Under the pieces are notes generated by a model, which made no database searches, was not told where the DNA came from, and saw only the letters and a program-made list of their open reading frames with translations. Below, piece after piece: positions 14,133-26,547 of a stretch of DNA of 64,000 bases; the stretch's first letter is position 1, and each line of letters opens with the position of its first letter. The stretch is from Octopus sinensis (taxonomy: Eukaryota). The translations under genes were made by a program, and so were the position numbers. Where the stretch lies: the NCBI RefSeq assembly GCF_006345805.1, contig NC_043004.1, positions 27,466,001-27,530,000 on the forward strand, in the 5' to 3' direction.

Positions 14133-14254
14133 CATATTCTGCTATGTCTGGAGAGAGTCATTTTCTTTCTGTGCCTTATAATTTAACACACTTGAGTGTG
14201 TTAAAGTATAAGGCGCAGAAAGAAAATTACTCTCCCCAGACACAACAGAATATG
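14133..14254. repeat. ~60-bp-stem hairpin (fold-back) between microsatellites
   Basis: catattctg..ttttctttctgtgccttata..aacacac-ttga-gtgtgtt..tataaggcgcagaaagaaaa..cagaatatg. Confidence 0.9.
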
Positions 14255-14639
14255 TATATATATATATAGATTGATGGATGGATGGATGGATGGATAGATG
14301 GATGGATGGATGGATGGATGGATGGATGGATGGACGGATGGATGGATGTGTGAGTGTGTGTGAGAGATATATATTGAGAGAGAGTGTGTGCATGTTTACA
14401 AATGTGCATATATGATTGTTTGCATGCATGTGTCTTGTTATGGATGATTTGATAGATTTTCCTGTATACACATGTTCTTCAATAAGTGGTAATTTGTTTC
14501 ACAAAATCAGACATGTCCAGTCAAGTATCTCTGTCCAACCATACTAAACGACTTATACAAACATATCTAAATAGTCATAGAAACACATAAATATATCATT
14601 TATACATGTGTGTGTGTGTATGTACACTACATGTATATA

Positions 14640-15872
14640 TCAAGTCATCCCATAAATTCTGTTCAAATTTTGAATAAAGAAAACAAGTGACCAAATGTTA
14701 TATTTAATGAAATTTAATCATCAATGTACTTTCCCTGATTATCTATGACTTCCTTCCATCAATTTACAAGCTTTTTAATCCCACCAATGTAAAACTCTTA
14801 TGGTTTCAAAGCAAAGAACTCTGAAATGTCAGTTTTGACCTCTTCCTGGCCTGCGAAAGTTATGTCCCCCAAATGATTCTGTAAACTACAAAACAGATAG
14901 TGGTCTGAAGGAGCAAGGTTGGGAGAATAAGGTGGATGAGGAATTTTTTCCCAACCAAGCTCTTCGATCTTTTGTGATGTGATCTTTTCAGTGTGGGGTC
15001 GCACATTGTCCTAATGAAACATCACTCCTTTTCAATTCGCTAAAGCAGGTAGTTTTTTCTTCAAAGCTTGGTTTAAACACTCTAATTGCTGACAGTAGAC
15101 TTGAGCATTGATTGTTGCAGTAGGTGGTAACAATTCAAAGTGAATTACTCCTTTGCAATCCCACCAGAAAGAGAGAAGAACCTTTTCCCCATGAAGTTCT
15201 CTTCTCGGTTGTGGTTGAGCCTTTTCCCTTTTACCAAGCCACTATTTACAACATTTAACATTTCAATAAAAGATCCATTTTTCATCAGCAGTCACAAGTC
15301 TATCCAAAAAGGATGAAATGAGTTCATGAGAATGGAGAGAAGAGCAGATGTCAACTTGGGATTGCAGTTGCTTTCGGACAATTCATGAGTCACCCATTTT
15401 CCAAGTTGTTCAAGATGACAATGAACAGATGTATGGTTTGAACTAAGCTTTAATGCCAGTTCTTCAACTGATAATGCAGGATTTTCTTCAAGTATTACCT
15501 CAAGGAGCTTATCATTACACTCAACTGGACATCCTGTTCAATCTTCATCTTCAAGCCTGAAATCTCCACTTCTGAGTTTTGCAAACCATCTTCTGCAAGT
15601 TCTTTCATTCAAGCATTCTTTCCCATAAACTGAGTGTATGTTTCGAGTTGCTTCAGTTGCAGAGTTACCTTCTTTGTACTCATAAAGCATTATGTGCCTC
15701 AAATGCTCTTTGGATACTTCCAAAGAAATTCTGTAAAATAATATTCAATTAGTTTAAATGTACACAAATGCATAAAAATAATTTTAAATTCCATTAGACA
15801 TTCTAAATTACTATTAAATTTCATTCAATTTTAAAAAAGTTAAAATCGGACAGAATTTATGGGATGACCTGA
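14640..15872 (-). mobile_element. Full-length mariner (DD34D) with disrupted transposase
   Basis: TA-flanked TIRs (tcaagtcatcccataaattctg / cagaatttatgggatgacctga); MEVSKEHLRH..., GKWVTHEL, HPPYSPNLAPSD motifs. Confidence 0.92.
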
Positions 15873-16171
15873 TACATACATATATATATATATAAACATA
15901 CACACAAGTGTGTGCATATATGTATATACATGTACTGTACATGTATATATATATATATACATATATGTAGACATATACATATATAATTAATTTTAGGATT
16001 CATTTGAATCAAGGTATTATAAAAGCAAGGACTCCAAGTTATAGTTGAGATTAGGGTAGCCATGTTTGTACTTAATACTGACGATATCAGTTTATTCATC
16101 AATAAAAAAACATGTTTGAGTTCTAGTGAACCATAACCTATTTGTGTTCTCTCCCACTCTCTCTCTTTCTT

Positions 16172-16209
<38 letters not shown>

Positions 16210-16335
16210 ATCTAAAATAATCTATATATATATAATCTAAAATAAGCTGAAAAACTGATAATACAATATGTATATATGTTTGAACTATTTCTCTTTTTAA
16301 TTTAGATGAATTTAGAGTAAATTTTGACTGTCCAT

Positions 16336-16762
16336 CTACTTATGAAGACTTTGGTTTTAGCTAGGTTGACTCTAAAGCCCTTTGATTCTAATCTTTGCTT
16401 CCACACCTGAAACTTTTCCTCTAGTTCTGATAGAGACTCAGCAATTAGAGCAAGGTGATCAGCATAGAGGAGTTCCCAGGGGCATCCTGTCTTGAATTTC
16501 TTTGTTATTGCTTGGAGGACTATGATGAGTAAGAGGGGGCTGAGGTCCGATCCTTGGTGGACCCCTACTCGGAATTCTTCACTATACTTATTGAGAACCC
16601 TCACCCTACTGACAGCATCCCTGTACATGGCTTGCACAGCTCTCACTAATCATTCATCTATCCCTAGTTTCCTCATTGACCACCAGATAAGGGATCAGGG
16701 GACCCTGTCAAAAGTTTTCTCCATGTCAACGAAAGCCAGGTACAGAGGTTTATCTTTCGCTA
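16336..16762 (-). mobile_element. RTE-clade reverse transcriptase fragment
   Basis: FVDMEKTFDRVP, GVHQGSDLSPLL, ELLYADHL (YADD motif), VNLAKTK. Confidence 0.9.
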
Positions 16763-16954
16763 GGTCTGTGTATGCACACATACACAGGTAACAGGTATAT
16801 GAATATATATGTACATATATATTTTGATACTTGTATATAAGTAAATACATACATATATATGTGTATGTGTGTGTGTATGCCACTATATATGTATGTAAAT
16901 ACATTTTAACATATGAATATATATGTTTGTATATTTATATAAAGAGAGTGAGAG

Positions 16955-17080
16955 TGACAGATAGACAGATAGACAAACAGACTGACAGACAGATCGATAT
17001 AGAGAGATATATAGATAGACAGACAGATAGACAGATAGACAGACAGACGGATAGATAGATAGACAGACAGAAAGACAGAC

Positions 17081-17135
<55 letters not shown>

Positions 17136-17140
17136 CAGAC
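16955..17140. repeat. (GATA/GACA)n microsatellite
   Basis: Directly visible. Confidence 0.95.
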
Positions 17141-17429
17141 AAAAATACGTTTCAAAATTTCAGCTATATTTACTGCGCGTTTCACATAGATGAATTTGCA
17201 GCACTTACTATTGTAAACAGCCAAATCAACTAAGCATAAACCTTCAAAGATTCTATAGATTCCATCTTTTATATTTTGCCACCTATCTCATTTCAATTGT
17301 TTTGTTCACAAAACTAATTTGCTTATTGTCAATTCCTTCAATCTCAATACATTTGTATTTTCTCATTTTCCTCTTAAATTCTTGGAGATTCTTTTTGTCT
17401 TATTTTCCACCATAAACTAATTAATTTTG

Positions 17430-17469
17430 CATATATATACATATGTATACACGTACATACATATATGTA

Positions 17470-17502
<33 letters not shown>

Positions 17503-17503
17503 T

Positions 17504-17547
<44 letters not shown>

Positions 17548-17621
17548 TATATATATATGAATATATATATGTATATGTATATATATATATGTATATGTAT
17601 ATATATATATATGTGTGTATG

Positions 17622-17671
<50 letters not shown>

Positions 17672-17850
17672 TATATATGTACATATATATTATATATACA
17701 TATATATATATTTGTATATATATATATTCATTTATATAATATATATATATATATATTTATATATATAATATATGTATGTGTATGTATGTACGTGTATATA
17801 TATATATACACACACTTACACATACACAGACACACACAGACACACATGTG
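17430..17850. repeat. Long imperfect (TA)n tract; similar tracts at ~1480-1790, 22760-22980, 42210-42635, 44390-44515, 44870-45005, 45755-46008
   Basis: Directly visible. Confidence 0.95.
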
Positions 17851-18444
17851 AAGTTTGTTTTTCGCTCCTAAACATTTTCTCAAAATTGTCTTCTTATTGA
17901 ATTCGTTTAACTGTATTGTTCACCACCTTCTCTCTATCAGATGACTACAAGAACAGCATTGAACTGACTGGCTGCTGGTTTCTATTGTAATCTCTAAAAC
18001 AGGAAGAAATGGTCTTTTTCTTTTCAGTTTGACCTCAACTTAAGGTCTTTTCATTCAGCTCTGTTTCTGTGCATATATATATGTCTATTAATACTAGTGC
18101 ATGTATGTGTTATTTCACACATAAATTTAGAATCTACGCATATCATTTCCTTTTACTGTTATCAGCCATCTGGTTCTGACCATGCTGGGGCACTGCCATT
18201 ACCTTATTTCAGCTGAATCTCAGTATTTAAGGATGGTAAGAGTTTGGTCCTGCCATAATGTAGGTTCTCTTGCGGAAATGTAAGTTTGTCAGAGTTGACT
18301 GAGATCTCTGGTGATACAGTAGTACAGGCATTACAAAGGGAATATTTCAGAGATAGTCTTTCTGTACTTCTTTTCATTTTGGCACTGAATCTATTATGGT
18401 TAATTGCTAGTATCTTGAACTGCCACAAATATCAATGTAACTTA

Positions 18445-19135
18445 TAATTTCTCTGTAGACGACCTGAAGATTTATGCTAAAAGTGTTAACAATTCCAAAA
18501 AACAACTGGAAGTAATAACATTTTCAGCTGAATTTGGCCAAAAGAAATGTTCATATTTGGTTATAGAACAAGGAAAGTCAGTCCCCCAAATCCAAAACCT
18601 GTACATCAACGCTCTCTTTATCTCCCCCATTCCACACAAAGAATGTTATAAGTACCTAGGCACAGACGAAAATGTATCATACGAAGGCACTGTGAATGAA
18701 GATAGTGTGACCTGAGAATATTACACAAGACTTAGGAAAATATGACAGTTGGAACTCTCCTCTTACAACAAAACAATATCCCACAATGCATTTGTTGTAC
18801 CAGTGCCAATCCCAACATTTGGGATATTTGATTGGTCTGTTGAAGAAATCCACTCCATTGATATCAAAACCTGCAAAATCCTGACAACAACTGGGAACTT
18901 CCACAAAAACAGTGACGTTGACAGGCTCTAGCTAAGAAGAAATGAAGGTGGTAGAGGCGTGAGATCAGTGCAGACAGCCTTTGAATGCTGAATGGTATGA
19001 CTCAGGTAGCACCTGCTAAACAACAGTAGCAAAAATAAGCATATTAATGCAGTCCTGAAAAGTGAAGTGAGCAACATTGTACGAGTTGGCAGTGAACTCC
19101 TCAAGAAACACTCTCTTCCTGATGATCTCCTATAC
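18445..19135 (+). mobile_element. R4/Dong-like RT fragment
   Basis: VDDLKIYA, FGQKKC, YKYLG, DVDRL..R.EGGRG motifs. Confidence 0.8.
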
Positions 19136-19265
19136 AAATGTGAATTTGCTTGTGTTAACTACATCCCATAGATGGAGCCTTGTATCTTTGTTGGAAACTG
19201 GCCCCTTCCTCAGTGACAGATTTATAATAATTAAAAAAATAGAAGAGAGAGAGAGAGAGAGAGAG

Positions 19266-19300
<35 letters not shown>

Positions 19301-19375
19301 CAAACACACACACACAACACACACACACACACACATATATATAGACATAAATACATACACAGATACTGTTTAGAT

Positions 19376-19667
19376 CTGTGCTTCACAACCAGGGTCTATA
19401 TGACCATTATAAACCTTGGAGTGGGGGGGGCATATAACCCTTAGGGGTCCATATAAGGTTTTGCTGTTAAAAATTTATGTGCAATAATTGGATTATATTT
19501 CTACAATGCACTAAATATTTTAACAATTTTTTTTTTATATACTTCCTCATGGCATTTAATTATAAAGATAAAACAGAATTTTTTAACTATCAAGTCACTA
19601 TAAGGGTCCACCCAAGTAAAAGATGAATTAAAGGGGTCCAGAGGTAAAAAATGTTTGAAAACTACTG
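19376..19667. mobile_element. hAT/Charlie-like MITE
   Basis: Imperfect TIRs ctgtgcttcacaacc / gtttgaaaactactg; 8-bp target duplication gtttagat/gtttacat. Confidence 0.75.
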
Positions 19668-19888
19668 GTTTACATAAAGAAATGCATGTCTCTCTCTCTC
19701 TCTCTCTCTCTCATCATCATCGTTTAACATCCGTTTTCCGCGCTAGCACGGGTTCATATATATATATATATCACTATCATAGAATGATGATGATGACATA
19801 TATATACACAGAAAGAAACTTATGCCTTTGTTTATCTAAACACTATCTGTATGTGTGTGTGCATATATATATATATATAATATATATA

Positions 19889-20170
19889 CGTGATCAATAA
19901 GTATCCGGATTGTTACTGTAGTAACGAACCTAAGCTAAGGCATGCAGAGTAAAGCTGCTTAGCAAAGATTGACCTTGAACTCTGCTGTGCACTGCACTAA
20001 GTTTTAACATTCTAGCTTACTTCTGTTTACAGCACAGCTTGGAAGGAACATGTGTAGCATGTGATCATCGCATTGACTGTGACAGAGAAAGTTGAGCAGA
20101 GAATCTGCATCAAATTTTGCCAAAGTCTTGGTGATACCTGCTCAGAGACCTACACAAAGCTTTCAAAACT
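19889..20170 (+). mobile_element. Mariner 5' fragment
   Basis: TIR followed by EQRICIKFC..G.T.SETY transposase N-terminus. Confidence 0.8.
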
Positions 20171-20184
20171 TTTTCATTGTTTCA

Positions 20185-20400
20185 TGTGTGTGTATATATT
20201 TGTGTGTCTGTGTCTGTCTCCCTCCATCACTTGGCAACCGATGCTGGTGTGTTTACATCCCCATAACTTAGCGGTTTGGCAAAACAGACTGATAGAATAA
20301 GTACTAGGCTTAGAAAGAATAAGTCCTGGAGTCGATTTGCTCGAATAAAGGTGGTGCTCCAACATGGCCACAGTCAAATGACTGAAACAAGTAAAAGAGA
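20185..20400 (+). mobile_element. SINE 3' half (family of 21955-22380)
   Basis: caaccgatgctggtgtg...gactgaaacaagtaaaaga tail. Confidence 0.85.
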
Positions 20401-21005
20401 GGGTTCTCAACACAATCAAGGAAATCTCGTGCAACTGAAACCCAAGTGTGATTTTGGTCAGCTAAAAGCAGTTTTGGCACAAATTTGGTAGATACATGTC
20501 TCTTACCTAAATCTGCAGTAATTATGGACTGAACTGAACCATACTTAATCTGCACATTCTCTAATAACTCTCAGATAGTGATTTGACGATTTCCCCTCAA
20601 AACTGCATGCACATCTGCGATGTTTTCCCCAGTTCTGCTGGTTGCTGGTTGCAGGTCTCTCAGAATGTTCGTCAATATTGACGTTTTTTCAGCCATCTTG
20701 TAAATGCCTGAATCACTCTTACACTTGTACATGGCTTATACAATCCTCTCCATACATTTTCTGCAATTTTGCATAGGCCTCTGAGCAGATATTGCCATGA
20801 CAACTTTCTCTGTCATCGTCAATACAACAATAACAGACTACACATCTTTCTTCCAAGCACTGCTGTAAACAGCAGAAATGAGCTAGAACATCAAATCTTA
20901 ATGCACATGCTCAGCAGAGTTCAAGGTCAATCTTTGCCAAGAAGCTTTACATTGTGTGCTTTAGCTTCATTACCATGGCAATAGTCTGGACACTTATTCA
21001 TCAGA

Positions 21006-21009
<4 letters not shown>
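20401..21009 (-). mobile_element. Mariner 5' half, same family as 19889, inverted
   Basis: HVSTKFVPKLL on the - strand; its 5' UTR is the reverse complement of 19889-20050. Confidence 0.8.
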
Positions 21010-21053
<44 letters not shown>

Positions 21054-21479
21054 CGGCGCCGCGCGTGGTGCTCTTTTGGCCGTCATCGTTTCTTGCGGCA
21101 GCGGTCTCGGTGCGCTCGCGTCGTGCCGTCGGCCGGCCGGTTTCGACGTTGGGGTGTCGTGCACGTTGCGACAATGAAAAACCACCACTTCTGTAGTTTC
21201 CTCATTCACTCGATGGAGAAGGGATCGGGCCGTCGCCGAGCGGTGGTTTATTATCTGGTGCGAAGCGCGCGGTGCATGTCAAGTGCCTTTGCGGGCACCG
21301 ACGCAGCCGATGTGCAACCCTTAGTCGAGGAGTTTGACTGGGGCGGTACGTCTGTCAAACGGTAACGCAGGTGTCCCAAGGCGAGCTCAGCGTGGACGGA
21401 AACCACACGTCGAGCAAAAGGGCAAAAGCTCGCTTGATCTCGATTTTCAGTACGAATACGGACCGCGAAGCGTGGCCCA
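21054..21479 (+). pseudogene. Dispersed 28S (LSU) rRNA fragment: domain V, expansion segments through the P-loop region
   Basis: ggagtttgactggggcggtac..tgtcaaacggtaacgcaggtgtcc..aaaagctcgcttgatct..ttttcagtacgaatac is conserved eukaryotic 28S sequence; GC-rich island flanked by (TA)n. Confidence 0.95.
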
Positions 21480-21498
21480 TATATATATAGTTTATATC

Positions 21499-21674
21499 CA
21501 TTTAAAAGAAGAAGAAAATTGTATATTGTTAACATCTTAACTTACATCTGTTTCTTGTAAATTTAATATTTACAGAGTATTAATAGAAACAGCTGTAAGT
21601 GAAGATGACTAATTTGCTGTTAATAATAAACGATTATTAATCTCCCAATGTCCATTTTATTCTTCTTTTAAATG
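21499..21674. repeat. Short palindromic element carrying inverted hammerhead 3' halves
   Basis: Terminal repeats catttaaaagaagaagaaaat / attttattcttcttttaaatg; inner cttacatctgtttc / gaaacagctgtaag. Confidence 0.7.
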
Positions 21675-21954
21675 TGTGTGTGTAGTGAAGGCATGTAACT
21701 TAGTGGTTAGGGTGTTGCACTCATGATCTACCGACTTTGAGATTGATTCCCAGACCAGGCAGTGCATTGTGTTTTTGAACAAAAAACTTTATTTCACATT
21801 GCTCTGCATGGACGAGTAGGAGAGTACCAGAATCATTGGCATTTTGGTCAAAATGTTTAACCATATATCTTCTTGTTCTCTACAGTTTGAGTTCAGATCC
21901 TGCCTGCCTGAATAAAGCAACAGGAAATCACTCCAGTATTTATACCAAGTGTAT

Positions 21955-22380
21955 AGGCACAGGAGTGGCTGTGTGGTAAGTAGCTTGCTAACCAACCACA
22001 TGGTTCCAGGTTCAGTCCCACTGCGTGGCATCTTGGGCAAGTGTCTTCTGCTATAGCCCCGGGCTGACCAATGCCTTGTGAGTGGATTTGGTAGGCGGAA
22101 ACTGAAAGAAGCCTGTCGTATATATGTTTATATATATATATATATATATGTGTGGGGGGGGGGGGTTGTGTGCCTGTGTTTGTTCCCCTAGCATTGCTTG
22201 ACAACCGATGCTGGTGTGTTTATGTCCCCGTTACTTAGCAGTTCGGTAAAAAGAGACCGATAGAATAAGTACTGGGCTTACAAAAAGAATAAGTCCTGGG
22301 GTTGAGTTGCTCGATTAAAGGCGGTGCTCCAGCATGGCCACAGTCAAATGACTGAAACAAGTAAAAGAGTAAAAGAGTAA
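21955..22380 (+). mobile_element. Full tRNA-derived SINE with an internal microsatellite
   Basis: A-box tggctgtgtgg, B-box ggttcagtccc, (gtaaaaga)n tail, aagtgta on both flanks. Confidence 0.9.
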
Positions 22381-22410
22381 GTGTAGTCATAACAGCTGGA
22401 GTTCTAGTAA

Positions 22411-22514
22411 TCTACTAAACAGTGGGACTCTCTATACGACCCTCTCAGGTCGTATAGAAAGTGCTGGTGAAGGTTCACATACACAGAACCTTCCTAAGAG
22501 CAGACCACTGCTAG
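22411..22514 (+). mobile_element. Miniature Helitron-like element
   Basis: A|TC...CTAG|T termini; hairpins ctatacgacc/ggtcgtatag and gaaggttc/gaaccttc; subterminal cagtgg/ccactg. Confidence 0.55.
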
Positions 22515-22525
22515 TGTATATATAT

Positions 22526-22757
22526 GCTTCTTTATTACCCACAAGGGGCTAAACATAGAGGGGACAAACAAGTACAGACAAACGAATTAAGTCGATTACA
22601 TCGACCCCAGTGCATAACTGGTACTTAATTTATCAACCCCGAAACGATGAAAGGCAAAGTCGAACTCGGCAGAATTTGAATTCAGAACGTAACGGCAGAC
22701 AAAATACAGCTACACATTTCGCCTGGCGTGCTAATGGTTCTGCCAGCTTGCCGCCTT
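22526..22757 (-). mobile_element. tRNA-derived SINE with MetaSINE-like central domain
   Basis: Reverse complement: ggcggcaagctggcagaa..gaattcaaattc..gcctttcatcgtttcggggttgataaattaagtaccag. Confidence 0.8.
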
Positions 22758-22899
22758 TATATATACATATATATATATACATACATAAATACATACATAC
22801 ATATATATATATGTATATATATATATACATATACATATATATATATATATATGTATATACATATACATATATATATGTATATGTATATATCTATATGTT

Positions 22900-22953
<54 letters not shown>

Positions 22954-23499
22954 TTCACACATATATATTTTATACACATACACACAAAGTTTGCTATCCA
23001 ACTACTTGGTTTTAGGTTCAGTTCCACCATGCACAAATATCTTTTACTGTAGACACAGGTCAACCAAAGCCTTCTAAGTAGATTTAGTGTATAGAAACTG
23101 GAAGATGTATTGTGTGTATGTGTGTGTGTGTGTGTGTGTGCACGTGCACATGTGTATGTGTGAGCTTGTGTGTTGTATCTATAATTTTTAAAAACTGACT
23201 TTTGTTATCACATTGATAGCCTCTGAGTATAACATTAAGGCTACAAGTGTGTGTGTGGAATATGCAGCCACTTATATAGAATAATGCAATGACTCAACAA
23301 TTCCATTGGAATACTGATCATCATTGAATTTGATATGAGGTCCCTTTTATAAAGGATACTGGTCACAAGCAGCTGTAAACTGATTAGTCCAAACATCTCA
23401 AGTTCACCCCAGATTGTGATACGCGTGTCAAATAGATTGATATTGATATGGCAGAAGAATATTATCTTACCAGCTTACAGGAGACAGATGGATGCACAT

Positions 23500-23536
<37 letters not shown>

Positions 23537-24444
23537 TGCATGCACAACTGAGCTACATGCTCATGTAATGGATGTTTTGCATATCTTATGAAACTCAAAT
23601 ATATTTATATTAGAGAAAGCACTGATAACAAGATTTTTCTCTTCCTTTATGTCATCATTATCCTTGTTTAACATCCTATTTTCCATGCTGGCATGGGTTG
23701 GCTGGCTTAGCAGGAACTGATGAGCGAGGAGACTGCACTGACCGCCAGTGTCTGCTTGGCATACTTTCTACAACTAGATGAATCTCTTAATGCTAACAAC
23801 TTTACAGTGTGTTACTGAGTGTTTGTTTTTGTTTTGCTTTTTTTGTGGCAACAGCACTATTGAGGTTACCAATATCTTGCAAGGCAAAACCCCTTAACTG
23901 AGTGGAATATAGTTTAGAAAGACATGAAAGTATAATTGAGGGAATAGAACAAGACTCTCGCTGAAGAGGTGAATAGATAGCTTCACCAACTGGGAAAAGA
24001 ATGTGAAATGGTGCAGGCATAACCTGAAGGTTGAAGGGAGAGAGAGAAGAGGGGCAGAGAAACAGGAAAGATGTGTGGATAGGTAAGTGCATCAGAGGGA
24101 AAATTGTGTCAGATAATTCAAGATTAGGATTAAGGTGGATACAGTGAATGTCAGTTTGGGGGAGGAGAAGTGATGGACACATATCTAGGTCTATTTCTCT
24201 CTTTATTATATATTTATATATATATATTCTTTTATTCTTTTACTTGTCTGTCATTAGACTGTAGCCATGCTGGGGAACAATCTTGAAGAATTTTTAGTTG
24301 AACAAGTTGACCCTAATACTTATTTTCTTTTTGTTAAACCTGATACTTATTTTACTGGTCGCTTTTACCAAACTGCTAAGCTACAGGGATGTAAACACAC
24401 CAACACCACTAAAAATCATTACATTCACTTCAACATTTAAATTT

Positions 24445-24500
24445 AATTTGCCAAAATATTTTCGTCACTTTGAGACTGAGATCTGTTCACTGACTAAATT
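24445..24500 (-). ncRNA. Degenerate type-I hammerhead-like motif, G3:C8 variant
   Basis: Reverse complement: aattt-a-gtca GTGAACA [stem II] GAAA ATAT TT tggc-aaatt. Confidence 0.5.
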
Positions 24501-25429
24501 TCACGCTGCATCTGAGAAAGTAACAGTTCATGATATATATGCACTTATGTCTGTATGCATGCATGTATGTATGTATGTATGTATGTATGTATGTATGTAT
24601 GTATGTATGTATTATGTATGTATGCATGCATGTATGTATGTATGTACGTATGTATGTATGTGTACATGTAAGTATGTGTGTATGCATGTATGTATGTACT
24701 TATGTACCTATGTATGTACGTAAGTATTTAGGTATGTAAGTTTGTGGATGTTTCTGTGTGTGTGTACATGTGTACGTACATGTGAATGTGTACATGTGTA
24801 CGTACATGTTTATGTACTGATATGTGTGTCTGTTCAAGTTGTGTACATGACTGTTATTCTGTCGAAGATTGTATACACACACACAAACACACATATGTGT
24901 GTGTGCATATGTCCCTTGCACTACCATCTAATGGTGAATGGATACAATGTCTTAGATACATACATGCAAATATAAACCTACCTATATATATGTACAAGCA
25001 GACATAATCATATAATCACAATCATACACATTCACATATATACGTATAATCTTAAAGTATACACATATATAGGTCACTATTTTCACAGTGAAATTCAAAT
25101 TTTTTTGTTTGTCTTTTATTTTTATTTTTTTATTTTATTTACTTACATATATATGTGCACACACATATATACATATATAATATACACATATATCTACACA
25201 CATATTTCTATGTGCATGCATGTACACACTCATACACACACATATACTCACACAATACACAACACATACACACACACATGCATACACATACATCTACACA
25301 TATGTACATACGTTTTAATCTATGTACACTCATATGATTATATATAACTACATATATGCATTTCAGCATCATGCATCTCAACATGTATGTATGGATTTCT
25401 ACATGTAAATGAGAGAAAGGGATGGTTAT

Positions 25430-26500
25430 AGATGGGTACTCCTGAGTGGAATCTGAGTGTTACCCCATTTGGATTTATGGTTGAGGGTGGGTTTGTATTC
25501 CTGTATACAGACAGCTTCAGTGACTTGTCTCAGCATTGCATCAGTGAGATGTGTAGATAAAATGTCTAACCTAAGTCTCCCTGAGGATCCATTGTGGCAG
25601 TCTACAGCATACTGATAGAAGATGGAGTTTGGTTTTTTTCAGCCTAGTTGTCCAGAGGTTCTTTGAACCTATCACTGATGCTCCTAGAAGTCTCACTAAT
25701 ATATGACTCTGGGATAATCGCACAAGTCCCTTCTTAGCGCTTAATCTAGTATACAGTGTTTTTCTTTTTGCCGTTCATATGTGGGGTTGTAGAAAATACT
25801 GCACAATTATTCTGACACAATGTTCTATGAAATGGGTATGATTTACTTAATACAGATTTGATAGTCCTGCCTGTCTTTTCTACAACTTTGATTCTTAAGG
25901 CCATTTGTGTGCAGGATTTTCTTAAATGCCCTACTTAATTCGTTCCTAGGTGTAGTGTCAACAAACATTACACTGTGAAACTTCTTGTTATTATATCAAG
26001 TATTGCTTTTATTTCTTTTGTTAGTGTCCCTCTCCAACCAATTCTAGAACTTGTTGCGGTATAGGGGGCATATACCGTTTTCGTCATCTCTTAGAATGCA
26101 TTCGAATCTTGTTTTCGCTCCTTTGTAGACTCTGATCCTATCGTACTGTGTGTATCTGGAGCATTGCATTCGGAATATGTAGTGCTGGACGTGTTGTTGT
26201 TCTTGTGGTTGGTATAGTGGGGATACGTTCCTCATTACTCTAAGTCTGCCACGAGGATGTTGATTTTGTTAGAACTTGACATCACTGAGTCACTACGGAT
26301 TACCAGTGGATTAGCCATAGGTTTACAATAGTGTGAGTGGAATAAACAGGGCTTAACAGTTCTGTTTATTATGGTATTTTCTATCCACAGCTCAGTATCT
26401 AAGACAGCATCTGAGAGGTCTGGTTTAGCCCAGCTGTACTAATGTTCACAGTGAGTCTTTTTGAATACTGAGGTAATGGTAGGTGGTCTATCTCGTTTGT
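25430..26500 (-). mobile_element. Penelope-like element, RT C-terminus and GIY-YIG domain, decayed
   Basis: PLYR; SVMFVDTTP; IKVVEKTGRTIKSVL..PF..C; YISETSRSISDRFKE (YIGETSR-type). Confidence 0.8.
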
Positions 26501-26547
26501 TACAGTTAGGTCAAGCATATACCAGGTTATATATATATATATATATT

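Noticed and set aside
21042-21540. GC-rich ORFs or CpG-island promoter
   Set aside because: Fully explained by the 28S rRNA fragment
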